Source: Catajapyx aquilonaris
Taxonomy: Eukaryota
Length of the DNA stretch: 34,796 nucleotides
Direction: 5' to 3'
NCBI GenBank assembly: GCA_000934665.2
Contig: JYFJ02004109.1
Span: forward strand, 1 to 34,796
Both the position numbers and the translations under genes were made by a program. Of the stretch, positions 10,321 to 20,691 are shown in pieces. The notes under the pieces are model-generated. The model saw nothing but the letters and a program-made list of their open reading frames with translations. It was not told where the DNA came from and searched no databases. How positions within the stretch are numbered: the first letter of the stretch is position 1; the number at the start of each line of letters is the position of its first letter.

Positions 10321-11452
10321 TACGAGGGGCTGTTCAAAAAAGACCAAACTTTTTAAATAGCGCGTCAACCGGCACAAAGAGCGTATTGCGGCTTCTAACA
10401 GCACCTAGCGACATGTCTCGACAACAAATAGCCATTTGCCACGTTCCGGTATGACCATTGGTCATCGAGGTACTCGGTCATTGAGTACTTGGACGAGCTG
10501 TTCGTCGAATTAGTGAGAAATAAAGTGAAAATGAGAGTTTGAAAAACAACGTCCTCGTGTGAAATTTCGCTAAGAAATTGGTAAAAATTTTACAGAGACA
10601 TTTCAATTTCTTTACCAACCAAGGGTGTCCTCGACCAAAAGAGGCACAGATCAGTCGGTCAAGGGTCAAGGTCATGTTGGTTGTGTTTTTGGATTGGGAA
10701 GGCATTTTTCTTTATGAATTTGGACCATGTCTGGACCATGTTGTCAGTTTGAAAGACGAACAGTGTTGTACCAGAATGTTTTAGTGCGGTCGGTTGAGAG
10801 ATTCTGTGCCCAGGAATGGCCTAAATTGTGGGAAAGGCCGACTTGGATATTGCGCCATGCGGCGCCATGGCAATGCGCCGGCTCACACATTGCTCCTCGT
10901 CATCATTATCTGGCAAAACATCAGACATCCGTGGTGTCAATCTACCCAATTCTCATGACTTACAACCAAAGTGACTTTTCTTACCCTCCTGAATTTTGAA
11001 ATTTTTTGGATTCTTTAATTCGGCTTGGCCTATACCCTATAGTGCTGAGAAAGCATCACCTCCGCTGCTAATTTCCACGTTAGCAGGGTGAAAATACAGC
11101 CAAAAGGCACTATAGGCCAAGCCGAATTAAAGAATCCAAAAAATTTCACAATTCAGGTCACTTTGGTTGTTAGCCACACTAGACTTTTTGGTATATTCAA
11201 AACTTAAAACCAATTTGAAATGAAGTCATTTCCGAACCATAGAGGCGATTTAGGACAATGCGATAAGAGCACTGCGCGCCATCACGGAAAGTGCGTCCAG
11301 GAAGCATTCCAACAATGGAATGAAAAATTAAAAACTGTCTATCGCCAGTAGAGGGAACTATCTTGAATGGGACAGTGATTCAAATGCTGCAAATTAAGCA
11401 ATATAGTAGTCTGTATAGAAAAAGTTCGGTCTTTTTTTGAACAGCCCTCGTA
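10321..11452 (+). mobile_element. Decayed, internally deleted mariner (Tc1/mariner) DNA transposon
   Basis: TIRs TACGAGGGGCTGTTCAAAAAAGACC...ACTTT and AAAGTTCGGTCTTTTTTTGAACAGCCCTCGTA, flanked by TA on both sides. Frameshifted transposase remnants: PRPKEAQISRSRVKVMLVVFLDWEGIFLYEF, WPKLWERPTWIL, NAPAH, YLAKHQTSVV, SHDL/ATLDFLVYSKLK (the YSPDLAP.DF motif) and IASRGNYLE. Confidence 0.92.
10963..11169. mobile_element. 207-bp hairpin MITE nested in the mariner, TTA target-site duplication (PIF/Harbinger-like)
   Basis: Arms CAACCAAAGTGAC..CCTGAATTTTGAAATTTTTTGGATTCTTTAATTCGGCTTGGCCTATA and TATAGGCCAAGCCGAATTAAAGAATCCAAAAAATTTCACAATTCAGGTCACTTTGGTTG. TTA at 10960-62 and 11170-72. Removing the element restores in-frame SHDL-ATLDF. 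Confidence 0.85.
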
Positions 11453-11516
11453 TACCTTGGACGTCTCATTTAAACTCCAATGACTTTGGGTGTAGCAGGA
11501 ACTCAACCTCGGTCTA

Positions 11517-11571
11517 CAGGGTGTTCAATAATCATGCCATTTTATACCGGGCGGTTCGGTGGGCCACCCTG
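11517..11571. mobile_element. Tiny TA-flanked CAGGGTG...CACCCTG remnant (Tc1/mariner-type MITE ends)
   Basis: TA|CAGGGTG at 11515-11523 and CACCCTG|TA at 11565-11573; same terminal heptamer as the elements at 13098 and 20521. Confidence 0.4.
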
Positions 11572-12430
11572 TACCCGATTCCTCCAAATGGGAAACGGGA
11601 TGATTCTATAGTATGAGGCGCCACAGGTGTCATCAACTGAAATGTGTGGCAACCCGGCAGCACCTGTTGCTGGCATGGTTAGAATGTTCCACAAATCTTT
11701 TGAACCGTCGCGTCGGTTAATGGCTAACTGCTGTGCAGCAGTGTCATTTCAGATGGCCATTTCAAAAAGATTAACCAGCAGATAGAGGCTTAACTGACGA
11801 TTTAGAAAAGGTTGAGATTATACCGTCCCACTATATGATGTTTGTCCCTTGTAAATTAAACAAAAAGGTTTGGCGCTGAGTTATTCCCTGGCCTGTTGAA
11901 ATACATTTGAAACCAAAAATCGATCGGTCAAACTCGGTCGGGGTCAAGCTGACCTTTTGGGGTCATTCGAACCTTACGTAACTAGTTCACATTCATACAC
12001 CCACCTGCACTTGATAAATTGTTGATTGGTCCCAACCCTTCTCCCCCCAATGGCAAGCAGTGTTGACCCAGAGATGGTGGGTGGGTGGGTGGGTGGGGTT
12101 GACCAAATTATGCATAATCCCCTGGCCTAGGGTCACGCAGACCAATAAATCAGGAGGTAGGCTGCCGCTGCTGATTATTATTGGCGTAGTTAGTGCGACG
12201 TGTTTGCCCAGATGAAGAGAAGCAGGTAGGGAGAGGAGAGGCTCGAATGCAATAAATCCAAGCAAGAACTCGATTAGTATCGGAGGGGGAGGGAGCAGGG
12301 GAGGGTATGGGAGTAAAGGTTGGGAGGGATCGTTGCAAAAGAGGGGAATGGGGTGGGGGGGTTGGATGTGCGCATACACATCCCCCCTCCCCCCAAACAT
12401 ATATGGATGGAGAGGTGGGGGGATATACTC

Positions 12431-12438
12431 TATATAAG
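12431..12438 (+). promoter_or_regulatory. TATA box of the + strand eclosion hormone gene
   Basis: TATATAAG lies about 110 nt upstream of ACCATG|GTGAGT (start codon directly followed by a consensus donor). Confidence 0.6.
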
Positions 12439-12544
12439 AAGAAGACGAAGGGGCAGAGGTCGCAGGAAGATATTTCATCAAGAGCTGGACATATACAAAT
12501 CTACAGCTGCTCGCCATTTCTCATCGGACAAGACCAACCTGACC

Positions 12545-14291
12545 ATGGTGAGTGTCCCATCGGGCCTGTCCATCCATCCATCCACAAACGACAAAAAAGT
12601 GTGTCTTAACATAACATTTCATACTCTACAGTCTACACATTACGTGTGGTGATAATCCAAAGGTTGGATATTCGGGGTGAACTTACCCATTGGGTTATTA
12701 ACAGTGGTAGCCGATTCTAGGATGTTAGAAGTAAGCAACAGGTTAGCCAAGTGATGGCCTGACTATGGGAGCCTAAATTACCCCGGTGGATTCCCCTCAA
12801 ATTTACCCAAATTCTCTTCGCTTCCTGTGTACACGGGATTCCCCTCGTCTTAGCAAAAAAAATGCACCTGAATCCTGAGTAGTGTTGAAACCCCCCCAGT
12901 TTTTTCAGGATAAAACAGAATATTTGTGGTGTTTTGGCCACGGGTAATGCAAAAATTTAGGGGCTGTCTTACGGTAGACTGATGTGAACCTCGTTTGTCT
13001 ATTTTTAACACGTTTTAAGTAAACAGGCAGGATTGACTGATTGGCATACTTTCCATCTTTTAAAAAAATTGATTTTAAAAGTCACAGTTAGTAAATACAG
13101 GGTGTATGTGAATTCTTCTGCCAATATGATGCGGGTGGTAGGGGTTGCGTATGGTAAAGGCATGGCATTGGTCAGAAAGGCCGGCGACGATCCGCTTTGG
13201 AGATGCCAACCTTTGACTTCGACAATGTGTATCCTGACAAGTGTGAATACCTCCGTGCATGCGTGCATTGCTGGTTGCCGGGGCCAGGCGCTCGCACTCC
13301 CAGACCAGGCAACCAGCAACGCAGACTTGTACTGGGGTATCCATACTTGTCAGGATAAACATCGTCGCTGTCAAAGGTCGACATCTCCAAAGCGGATCGT
13401 CGCCGGCCTTTCTGATCAATGCCATGCATTTACCAATACACAACCCCTACTACCCGCATCATATTGGCAGATGAATTCACGTACACCATGTACATTGGCA
13501 ATGTGGAAAAAAACCTATAGGTTTTTTTAAAAATATTTCACTGTTTCGCTAAAATATGACATTTTTGTCAAAAAAAAAAGCCGATTTCCCACTGCGTAAA
13601 TAAGTCCGGACCTCGAAATGGTTCAGAATTCCCTCCAAACCCTTTGGATTCTCTTCTGATTTCCCGGCTGCAAAGTTTTGACGCAATCTCCGGAGAAGTA
13701 GTTGGCAACCTACAGTTGAAGGCCCCATTACAAGAAAGATAACATTCACAACACTGATCTCCCTCAAGTGGCGTAGTGGACATGAGGCAACGAGGAGCGG
13801 CCATTTCTGGCAGCCCCTACGATCGGTTTATTTGCATGGATTCATGCGATTATCAGGCTTGCCAGTGGTATATCTGTCTAGTCTATAGGACCAATAATTC
13901 CGCTAGTTGTGCTCCTTTTGACAAAATCCAACCCCCGATTGGTCCATTCCTCCAGGCCTGTTCTTCATGCGTGCTGGTGTTTGGCCTGCTGGCCTCGCTT
14001 CAAATGACAGTCAGCGGTGCCAACAACTGGGAGAGAAACGTGGTCGGCATCTGCATCGCGTGAGTACAGGCCTATTAGGCTGGTCCACGTCCGCCTTCCA
14101 TCCCCCATTTGACTTTTCGATATACCCATCTACCTTCCAGTAACTGCGGCCAGTGCCAGCAGATGTTCGGCGACTTCTTCCAAGGAAAGGCGTGCGCCGA
14201 GGCCTGCCTGGCCACTGGAGGCCTCTCCGTACCCGACTGCAACAACCCTGCCACCTTGAGGAACTTCATCAAAAGATTCAAGAAGTACTAG
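12545..14291 (+). CDS. Eh: Eclosion hormone prepropeptide, EH2/crustacean-like paralogue (85 aa). Exons 12545..12547 (ATG only), 13956..14059, 14141..14291
   Basis: Spliced product M-ACSSCVLVFGLLASLQMTVSGA-NNWERNVVGICIANCGQCQQMFGDFFQGKACAEACLATGGLSVPDCNNPATLRNFIKRFKKY*. It has a signal peptide, the EH six-Cys spacing CX3CX2CX12CX3CX10C and a PDCNNPAT..F.KRF tail. All junctions are GT-AG and in phase; the first exon is inferred. Confidence 0.92.
13098..13490. mobile_element. 393-bp almost fully palindromic Tc1/mariner-type MITE in intron 1 of the + strand EH gene
   Basis: TA|CAGGGTGTATGTGAATTCTTCTGCCAATATGATGCGGGT... pairs with ...ACCCGCATCATATTGGCAGATGAATTCACGTACACCATG|TA. Arms of about 180 bp around a short loop. 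This explains the near-identical ORFs predicted on both strands here. Confidence 0.88.
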
Positions 14292-15247
14292 CCAATGGGG
14301 AACTTTGAACTCGAGCAGCTACACAAACCAGCCCTTCTTTGTCTTCATCCGTGTTTTGGCAGACATCTTGTAAGATCTGACTTGTTCGGTTCATGGTTTC
14401 GCTTCTATTTAATAATAATAATAATCAATAACGCGCTTGCCGGGCTGCCTAAGCTTGGCTCAATGGCTGCTTAAGCGCAGATTAGTGATGACTTAAGCAC
14501 TATTGGCTGGCTGCGTAAGCGGTGCTTACGAGGGGCCGTGCAATCACCTGGCTCTCGGAATGTTCAGTCCCTCGAGTAAGCCGTTCTCTTCTCAACTCCG
14601 CTCTACATCACCGCCATTTCACCGACCGACATTTATTTATTAATCTTTGGTTTCTGCAGATGACGCAGTGCATGATTGTAATTTGCCAAACTCATTAGTT
14701 CAACAGTGCTGTACACACAACGCGTGATAATAAACCTGGTCGCTACGTGACTCTTGGCGGGTTTTTATCCCCTTGCAGGAGCCGGCCAGATGACATCATC
14801 CGGTGGGGGATACTGCTGGTGACAGGCCTTGACATGGGGGGCAGGGTGCATGGGGTTTGGATACTGTTTAATTACCGTGTTACTCGTAATTAATAGCCAA
14901 CAGGTCAGGAGGGTGGCTCTGGTGGGAGGGGAAGGTGTTTGACCCGAATTTAAAATGCATCAGCAGTTCCTAGAAACATTGGTTTATTATTTGGTAACTT
15001 GTTCCAGCAGTAATGCAGGTGGGTCATGCACACATGTGCAATTGCAGATCGTTGACACCCGAGTGACCCTGACCTGCAGAGATGCACTCGGAGCACGCCA
15101 CGTTGCGTGACGTCGTGACTATCTGACGTCATCTTGGCACATAGTCTATCATTTGCCCCAGGCCTTGCAGGAATGGGCATCTTGCAGGTACGAAATTGCA
15201 GGAGTGTGACGTCACGGACAGCCATCTTGTTGTTGGATGGCGTCACT

Positions 15248-15580
15248 TCACTCCATCTTGGAGAGGAATGGAGCGATGGAGGTTGCGTTTGCGCAGTCGG
15301 GCATGAGCTTCCCTCGCAGCTTGAGACAGGCCTCTGCGCAGACGGGCCCCTCGAAGTAGTCCCCGTACATGGTCTGGCACTGCCCGCAGTTCTTCAGGCA
15401 GACGGAGACAGGGCCGGGGAGGGCGCACCACACCTGGTCCGCCCCGGGGCCGCCCCCCCACCACCCGAACAGGATCGCCGCCCACCACCACCACCACCAC
15501 CAACAAGGCCTCCTCCCTGATCCTCCTCTTCCAGATGGCGGTGGTGACCTGTGACCCCGACGCCCCACCCCGCCGCGCAT
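15248..15580 (-). CDS. Eh: Eclosion hormone prepropeptide, insect-EH-like (EH1-type) paralogue (110 aa), single coding exon
   Basis: MRGG...PCWWWWWWWAAILFGWWGGGPGADQVWC-ALPGPVSVCLKNCGQCQTMYGDYFEGPVCAEACLKLRGKLMPDCANATSIAPFLSKME*. EH Cys spacing plus FEGP.CAE.C.K..GKL.P.C...SIAPFL.K, as in insect EH. Acceptor TCTTCAG at 15599 opens the exon at 15598. Confidence 0.93.
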   Translation of the reverse strand: MRGGVGRRGHRSPPPSGRGGSGRRPCWWWWWWWAAILFGWWGGGPGADQVWCALPGPVSVCLKNCGQCQTMYGDYFEGPVCAEACLKLRGKLMPDCANATSIAPFLSKME

Positions 15581-16726
15581 CTCCACATGCGCCGGGACCT
15601 GAAGATCATTCAAAGCTCAATTAAATCATTCTGACAGCTAATGCAGATCCCTATACAATGCCGGGGCTGATTGTTCGCGCTAAGAAACCCCAGTTGGAAG
15701 CCAAGCAATAACACGGACAAAACAGTGGCCCGCCCTCTTGGTTATGGGTTGCTGCAAATTAAACAATCCGCAACTTTTGGGGGGTCAACTCCAGGATGGT
15801 AGCCAACCTGGTGGCCGTGAACTGGCCTGGAGTGTGGGGGGTGAGAATGACCCTGAATGGTCACCCATCAGCTAGGCGCATGTCCATGCAGCATGTGCAT
15901 GCCGGATGATGAGTAATTATTCATTGATTGTTGCGATGGGAGTAGGTCCCGTTAATGATCCTCTTTACAATGCGTTGTATACCGTCGGCAGGCAGCTAGG
16001 TGATGAGTTGCGCCGATGAATTAGTCATAGTTGGCCCGACTAATTAATGCACCAGCTAATATACCGACACGCTAGCCCCCTGTTCCCTCGAGAGAAGACA
16101 CCAACATTGGTGGAGGCCTACAAGCGCTTCGCAATAATTCGGGCTCAATCAGCATCTGCTTACTCATGTAATGGTGCTCATTTAGGCTCGCAAGCTGCAT
16201 GGCCGAGGCAGCACTGTGGGGAATACAGCCTAAGACACTTCCATCCCTGAAGGTCTCTTGGAGAAAATAATGCACACTTCCCAGTACACATCACGGTCTA
16301 ATTTGTCCGTTTTCATTTAATTGGCACTCAGCTGCTTATTCTTAAGCTATTACCTTCAAAAGTATTAGCTGGTTATATTCGAGCTCGGAAGTTCCACGAA
16401 TTTTCCGTTGGCAATGGCCCAATGCATCTAATTTCAATGACACGACTCGGTGTTATTATCAAGTAATACTTTTGCCAACCACTGAATAAAGTGCCGATCA
16501 TTGTGCAAGAAATGGCTAGCTGAATCATGCAGTTCACTTGGGTTGAGCTGCATTTATACCTCCCTTTGATGCCCATTATATTTTGGTAACAAAGTTGCGA
16601 ATACCAAATGATATGCATTCTAGCGATCGCCTTGCTGCCAGACATGCGCGAGAAGCGATTGCGTCTGGAACGCGTCTGGCTTTGAACCTCGCGCCTTTTG
16701 TGTTAGTATGGAGAGTTAATGACCAC

Positions 16727-16769
16727 TGATGATGATGATGGTGGTGGTGGTGGTGATGGTGGTGGTGGT
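16727..16769. repeat. (GAT)n/(GGT)n trinucleotide microsatellite
   Basis: tgatgatgatgatggtggtggtggtggtgatggtggtggtggt. Confidence 0.85.
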
Positions 16770-16771
16770 AC

Positions 16772-16915
16772 CTTAGAAGCGAGTCCTGCAGCGATGAGAG
16801 GGGTGTATCCCCCCGAACTGGACTGGCCCCCTTCGGACGGAGCGAGAGTACCTCAGAGTGTACGAAATGTGTTGCGAGACTCCGTAAGGTCTCCCCCCAC
16901 AGTTCCTTTTATATA
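16772..16915 (-). promoter_or_regulatory. TATA box and probable non-coding first exon of the - strand EH gene
   Basis: TATATAAAAG on - at 16915-16906. An ATG-free leader follows, ending at donor AAG|GTACCA (16771) or GAG|GTACTC (16851). Confidence 0.55.
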
Positions 16916-17013
16916 CACTCGCTCCAGTCCCTCTTCCCATCCAGGGTCGGGGTGATCAAACTCTGCAAGTGCAAGAGAGTAGTATCCTTTTTGGCCTGTA
17001 CTTCCGCTAACTA

Positions 17014-17040
17014 AGAGAGAGAGAGAGAGAGAGAGAGAGA
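17014..17040. repeat. (GA)n microsatellite upstream of the - strand EH promoter
   Basis: About 13 AG units. Confidence 0.9.
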
Positions 17041-19029
17041 CATGCCGGGGTACGTACAAGGACAAGGTCGGTCCCCGGAACCAAACAACAAGCCATTGAA
17101 CGGACGGACGGACAGACGGACGGACAGGCGACACGGACCGATGAACGCACGCTCCACAAAACTCGCTCCTGTCCAAGGCCCTTCCTCGTTGGGGCTGCTG
17201 GGATGGAGCAGAACCGGTACCGGATCATCAACAGGTCTGGTTATCCCATGTCGATATATATGTCAACACACATGCCCAGTATATGGAAATGTCGAACCTG
17301 CACCGACGTGGACGACGTTACAGGACGAGGCGCATTGCGGGTGGCCGGGGGTGTCTCAGCAGGGGCACGTTGACGACATTTCTGGCCCCCCATACATTTT
17401 GGGCACAGTGTAGTCGGACTGGCGATGACCTGGAGTTGTGCCCCACCCTGTATGTTTAAGTGCTTGTCCTTGCCCAACAGGTGCAGCATCGTCGCTATCG
17501 GAGAGGGATCGTGTTGAAACCCAAGGGCGCGCAACCGGAACTGGTTCCGTAGTACAGTACATTCAAGGCGAGGCACTTTTGCCTCGACCGAGAGTGGTCA
17601 CCTCGCCTTCTCCCTCCCTCCCTCCATCCACCCCTGCATACACACTTGCGTACTATCTTGCCATGCACGCACGACGGACCCATTTCACGTCGAGATTCCT
17701 CAGAGGTCGTTCATTCCTCCGGTGGGTGTGCACCTCCCGAGGAATTCCCCACCACCATCGCATCATGTGCAGGGTGGTCCCCCCCAACAAGAGGGACCGT
17801 GCACAGAGCAGAAGGCATTACTCTTGGTGTAGTACTACGTACGTCCTTGCCTGGTGTATGACTCTGCTTGTGCCCGGTTGCCTGTTGCCACTCCCACGCC
17901 CGCCATACGGATGCAAGCGTGTTTATGCATATGAACCTGATGTGGGCAAGGCCGGTACTGACCTCGCTCCTCCGATCCCGAAGGAAACCTCTCTTTTTTT
18001 ACTCTCTCGTTATCATCATCATCATCATCATCATGGGCGTCTGAGGGAGCAAAATGCAGCGGATGGAATTTGGCAGGACAGCCGAGATCAAAGGGCGGGT
18101 GCAGTTAGTGCTCATCAGGCAATCTCCTTTTTGCACGCACACTATGCGCAGGTGACCATCATCTCTCTCTCTGTCTATATGGTGGGTGTGACGCCGTGAC
18201 GGCATCCAAGGGGGGTCGGTATTTGCGTCTGACTCCAGCAGCAGCGGAGGAGGCAGAGGGTAAGTGAGTTACCCCCACTTTTATATTGGGTTTAGTGAGA
18301 GCGACGCAGGTATCTACACACAGGGAGTGGAGAAGGGGTGGAAAATGGGATTAGAGGTGCTCACTGAGGTGGGTGGGTGGGAGGGAGGGAGGGGGAAGAG
18401 CATTCAATCAGTCGACTCTTCTTCATAATGTGACACACTTCATACCTTATATAGACACATGCATGTAGTACACGCCGGATCATACCCGCACTTGATTATT
18501 GTCGCATCATTAAACCATATGCGCTGTTCTCTTATTGCCCAGAAACACAAGGGGAGGCTGCTGAATGACTTACCCGTAAGAAGCATCATACCAGGAGTAC
18601 CTGACTAGCTGGCAATGTTCTTTCTCTCGGGAAGATATTTCGGCCTGCGCCTGTGCAACGCCAAAGAAGCACTTCCGTTTTGTTTTTGTTTTTGAATCGT
18701 GTCATCATCGGGCAGATTGTCATCCGGGATAATCCCGTCCGTGTGATTGGAAACATGTAGTGTAGGCTACTCCTCAGTGGCAGAGGTTGGTTGGTGGTTA
18801 TGAAACATATTAAACTTTCCTGCCGAAAAAAAACATTGCAGCGCTAATTGCGATATGCGTGTATCCAACAAGAATGCTCACCATGTCCAGCGCAATTAGC
18901 GACATAATCTCCTCTCTCCAGGACGCTGCTTTTGCGCCACAAACCAGGCCTTTCTCATACGTCTTCTTCTCTCCATTGGTAGACGTCACTCAAGGGGTAA
19001 TCACTCGACTGAAAAGTGTACCAAATTCA

Positions 19030-19146
19030 AGGAGTACCAAGGAGTACCGAGGAGTACTTGGGAGTACCGAGGAGTACCTGGGAGTACCAAGGAGTACCAA
19101 AGGAGTACCGAAGAGTACCACTGCAGGTGTACACCGGAGTACCGAA
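19030..19146. repeat. 10-bp tandem minisatellite, consensus GGAGTACC(A/G)A
   Basis: About 9-10 slightly variant copies (ggagtaccaa ggagtaccga ggagtacttg ggagtaccga ggagtacctg ggagtaccaa ...). Confidence 0.85.
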
Positions 19147-19537
19147 GTGATTATCCCTGACGTCACTATACTGTATGCTTATACCTACGGCTACAGTACG
19201 TGTGATATATCCTTATTGTCTCGCACCTTGGGAGGCGCATATACAGAAAACTGCCTCTCACTGGTTTAAAAATTATTTTCCGCGCTAAAAAGAAATATTT
19301 TTACTGCTCTGTAGGGCGGCACTGTCGTCGAGTGGTTATCATTGCACACTTCCACCTCTAAGGTCGCGAGATGGATCCTCGGATCGGACAGATGATGGTT
19401 ATAATTGATTAACTGTGTGGATAGAGTTTCGATGGGTTCTCTCCGTGTGCGCGTGAGTCTTCTCGGGGCTCTCCCGTTACCTCCCACTTGCAACAGCGCA
19501 ACGCAGCACGAATATTAATCAAAATTCTAGTCGGTAT

Positions 19538-19748
19538 GGTGTCAACTCAGATAATGCGGGAAAAATATAAAATTAGAAAATACAAAAAAATTAAGAAATC
19601 TATCTGGCATTCCTCGAATTTACAATGACTATTAATATTTCATCTTCACCCACACTGCCATCTAGGCTACTGTACATTCAAGCCCATAACTTGCTCCTTT
19701 TTTTACCACGAATCAGTCGGGTGTCAACTCAGATAATTCGGGAAAAAT
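19538..19748 (+). repeat. 29-bp direct repeat, spacing 182 bp
   Basis: GGTGTCAACTCAGATAAT(G/T)CGGGAAAAAT at 19538-19566 and 19720-19748, one mismatch. Confidence 0.75.
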
Positions 19749-20520
19749 TAAAAACACGAAATAAATAAAACAGGAATAAAGTTGAATTCGGATATGACCG
19801 ACTTCGAGGGACCCCGAATAAAGTCAGTTTTAACCTATAGGTCTGTTATATCCAAAACGACACTTTTTTCAGCGAATACGCAAGTTTTCTGCTTTCCATA
19901 TTATATGCTTATAATGCACACTATACTGCAGCATCAGTACTGATTAATTAGGCGAAGCATGCTTCCCACCCCTCACAATGTGAGAATAAAATTTTCACCG
20001 TCATCGAATTCTACACACTTGCAAGTATTAAATAATTTTTATCATACAGTTTGAGTCAAATTACATGCTCGCAATATTATTGTCTAAATTCGTACGGAGG
20101 CAAATAATGCAGCGTCGGAAAAGAGAAGAGTCCAACATCCCATCAATGTAGTGTTACTCACTCACTCATGTGTCATACGTATAAATACCGTAGCCTCTAA
20201 TTGCCATATACAAAATAATACGGCAAGTCTTTTGCCAATTTCAATACATACGACCTCGGAATATATCGGTAATGCCGCAATGATAATAGCTAATCTGTTA
20301 CAAAAATGACAATTCTTAGTGGCGCCGCTTTTTTTTGCAAGCGCGAATAAACGATCAATATGGTCATTTTATTATCGCATTATGAAGGTGTAAGGACGTA
20401 TGTTTTTATCATTTTTGTATAATATATAGAGTCGTGTTTGAACATATGCGAAATTTTGAAATTACAGTGGGTAAAAAGTAAAATGCTGTTATTGTCCATA
20501 GATTCAATGACCAAGAAGTA

Positions 20521-20691
20521 CAGGGTGTTCCAAGTTCGTGGGGTCGTTTGGGGGTGGATATAGAATAGTCCAAATAGGGCAATATTGATTTAATAGGGGC
20601 ACAACACTAGCTACAAAAATATATCCGCTATTAGCGAAATTTCCAATAATAATGGCTATTAGAAAATGCCCCACGAACTTGGAACACCCTG
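20521..20691. mobile_element. 171-bp Tc1/mariner-type MITE
   Basis: Perfect 23-bp TIR CAGGGTGTTCCAAGTTCGTGGGG / CCCCACGAACTTGGAACACCCTG with TA duplications at 20519-20 and 20692-93. Confidence 0.9.

Noticed and set aside
13005..13530. Overlapping ORFs on both strands with similar peptides (KAGDDPLWRC, SPKRIVAGLSDQCHAF)
   Set aside because: Artefact of the palindromic MITE; not a protein.
17193..18199. Plus-strand fragments (MEQNRYRIINR; TTFLAPHTFWAQ; NWFRSTV) vaguely Tudor-like, and the 253-aa ORF 17438..18199
   Set aside because: Joining needs an implausible 31-nt intron and passes an in-frame TGA. The long ORF has no recognisable domain and crosses microsatellites.
19030..19146. Regular short repeats considered as CRISPR-like
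   Set aside because: Head-to-tail 10-mers without unique spacers, no cas genes, eukaryotic context.
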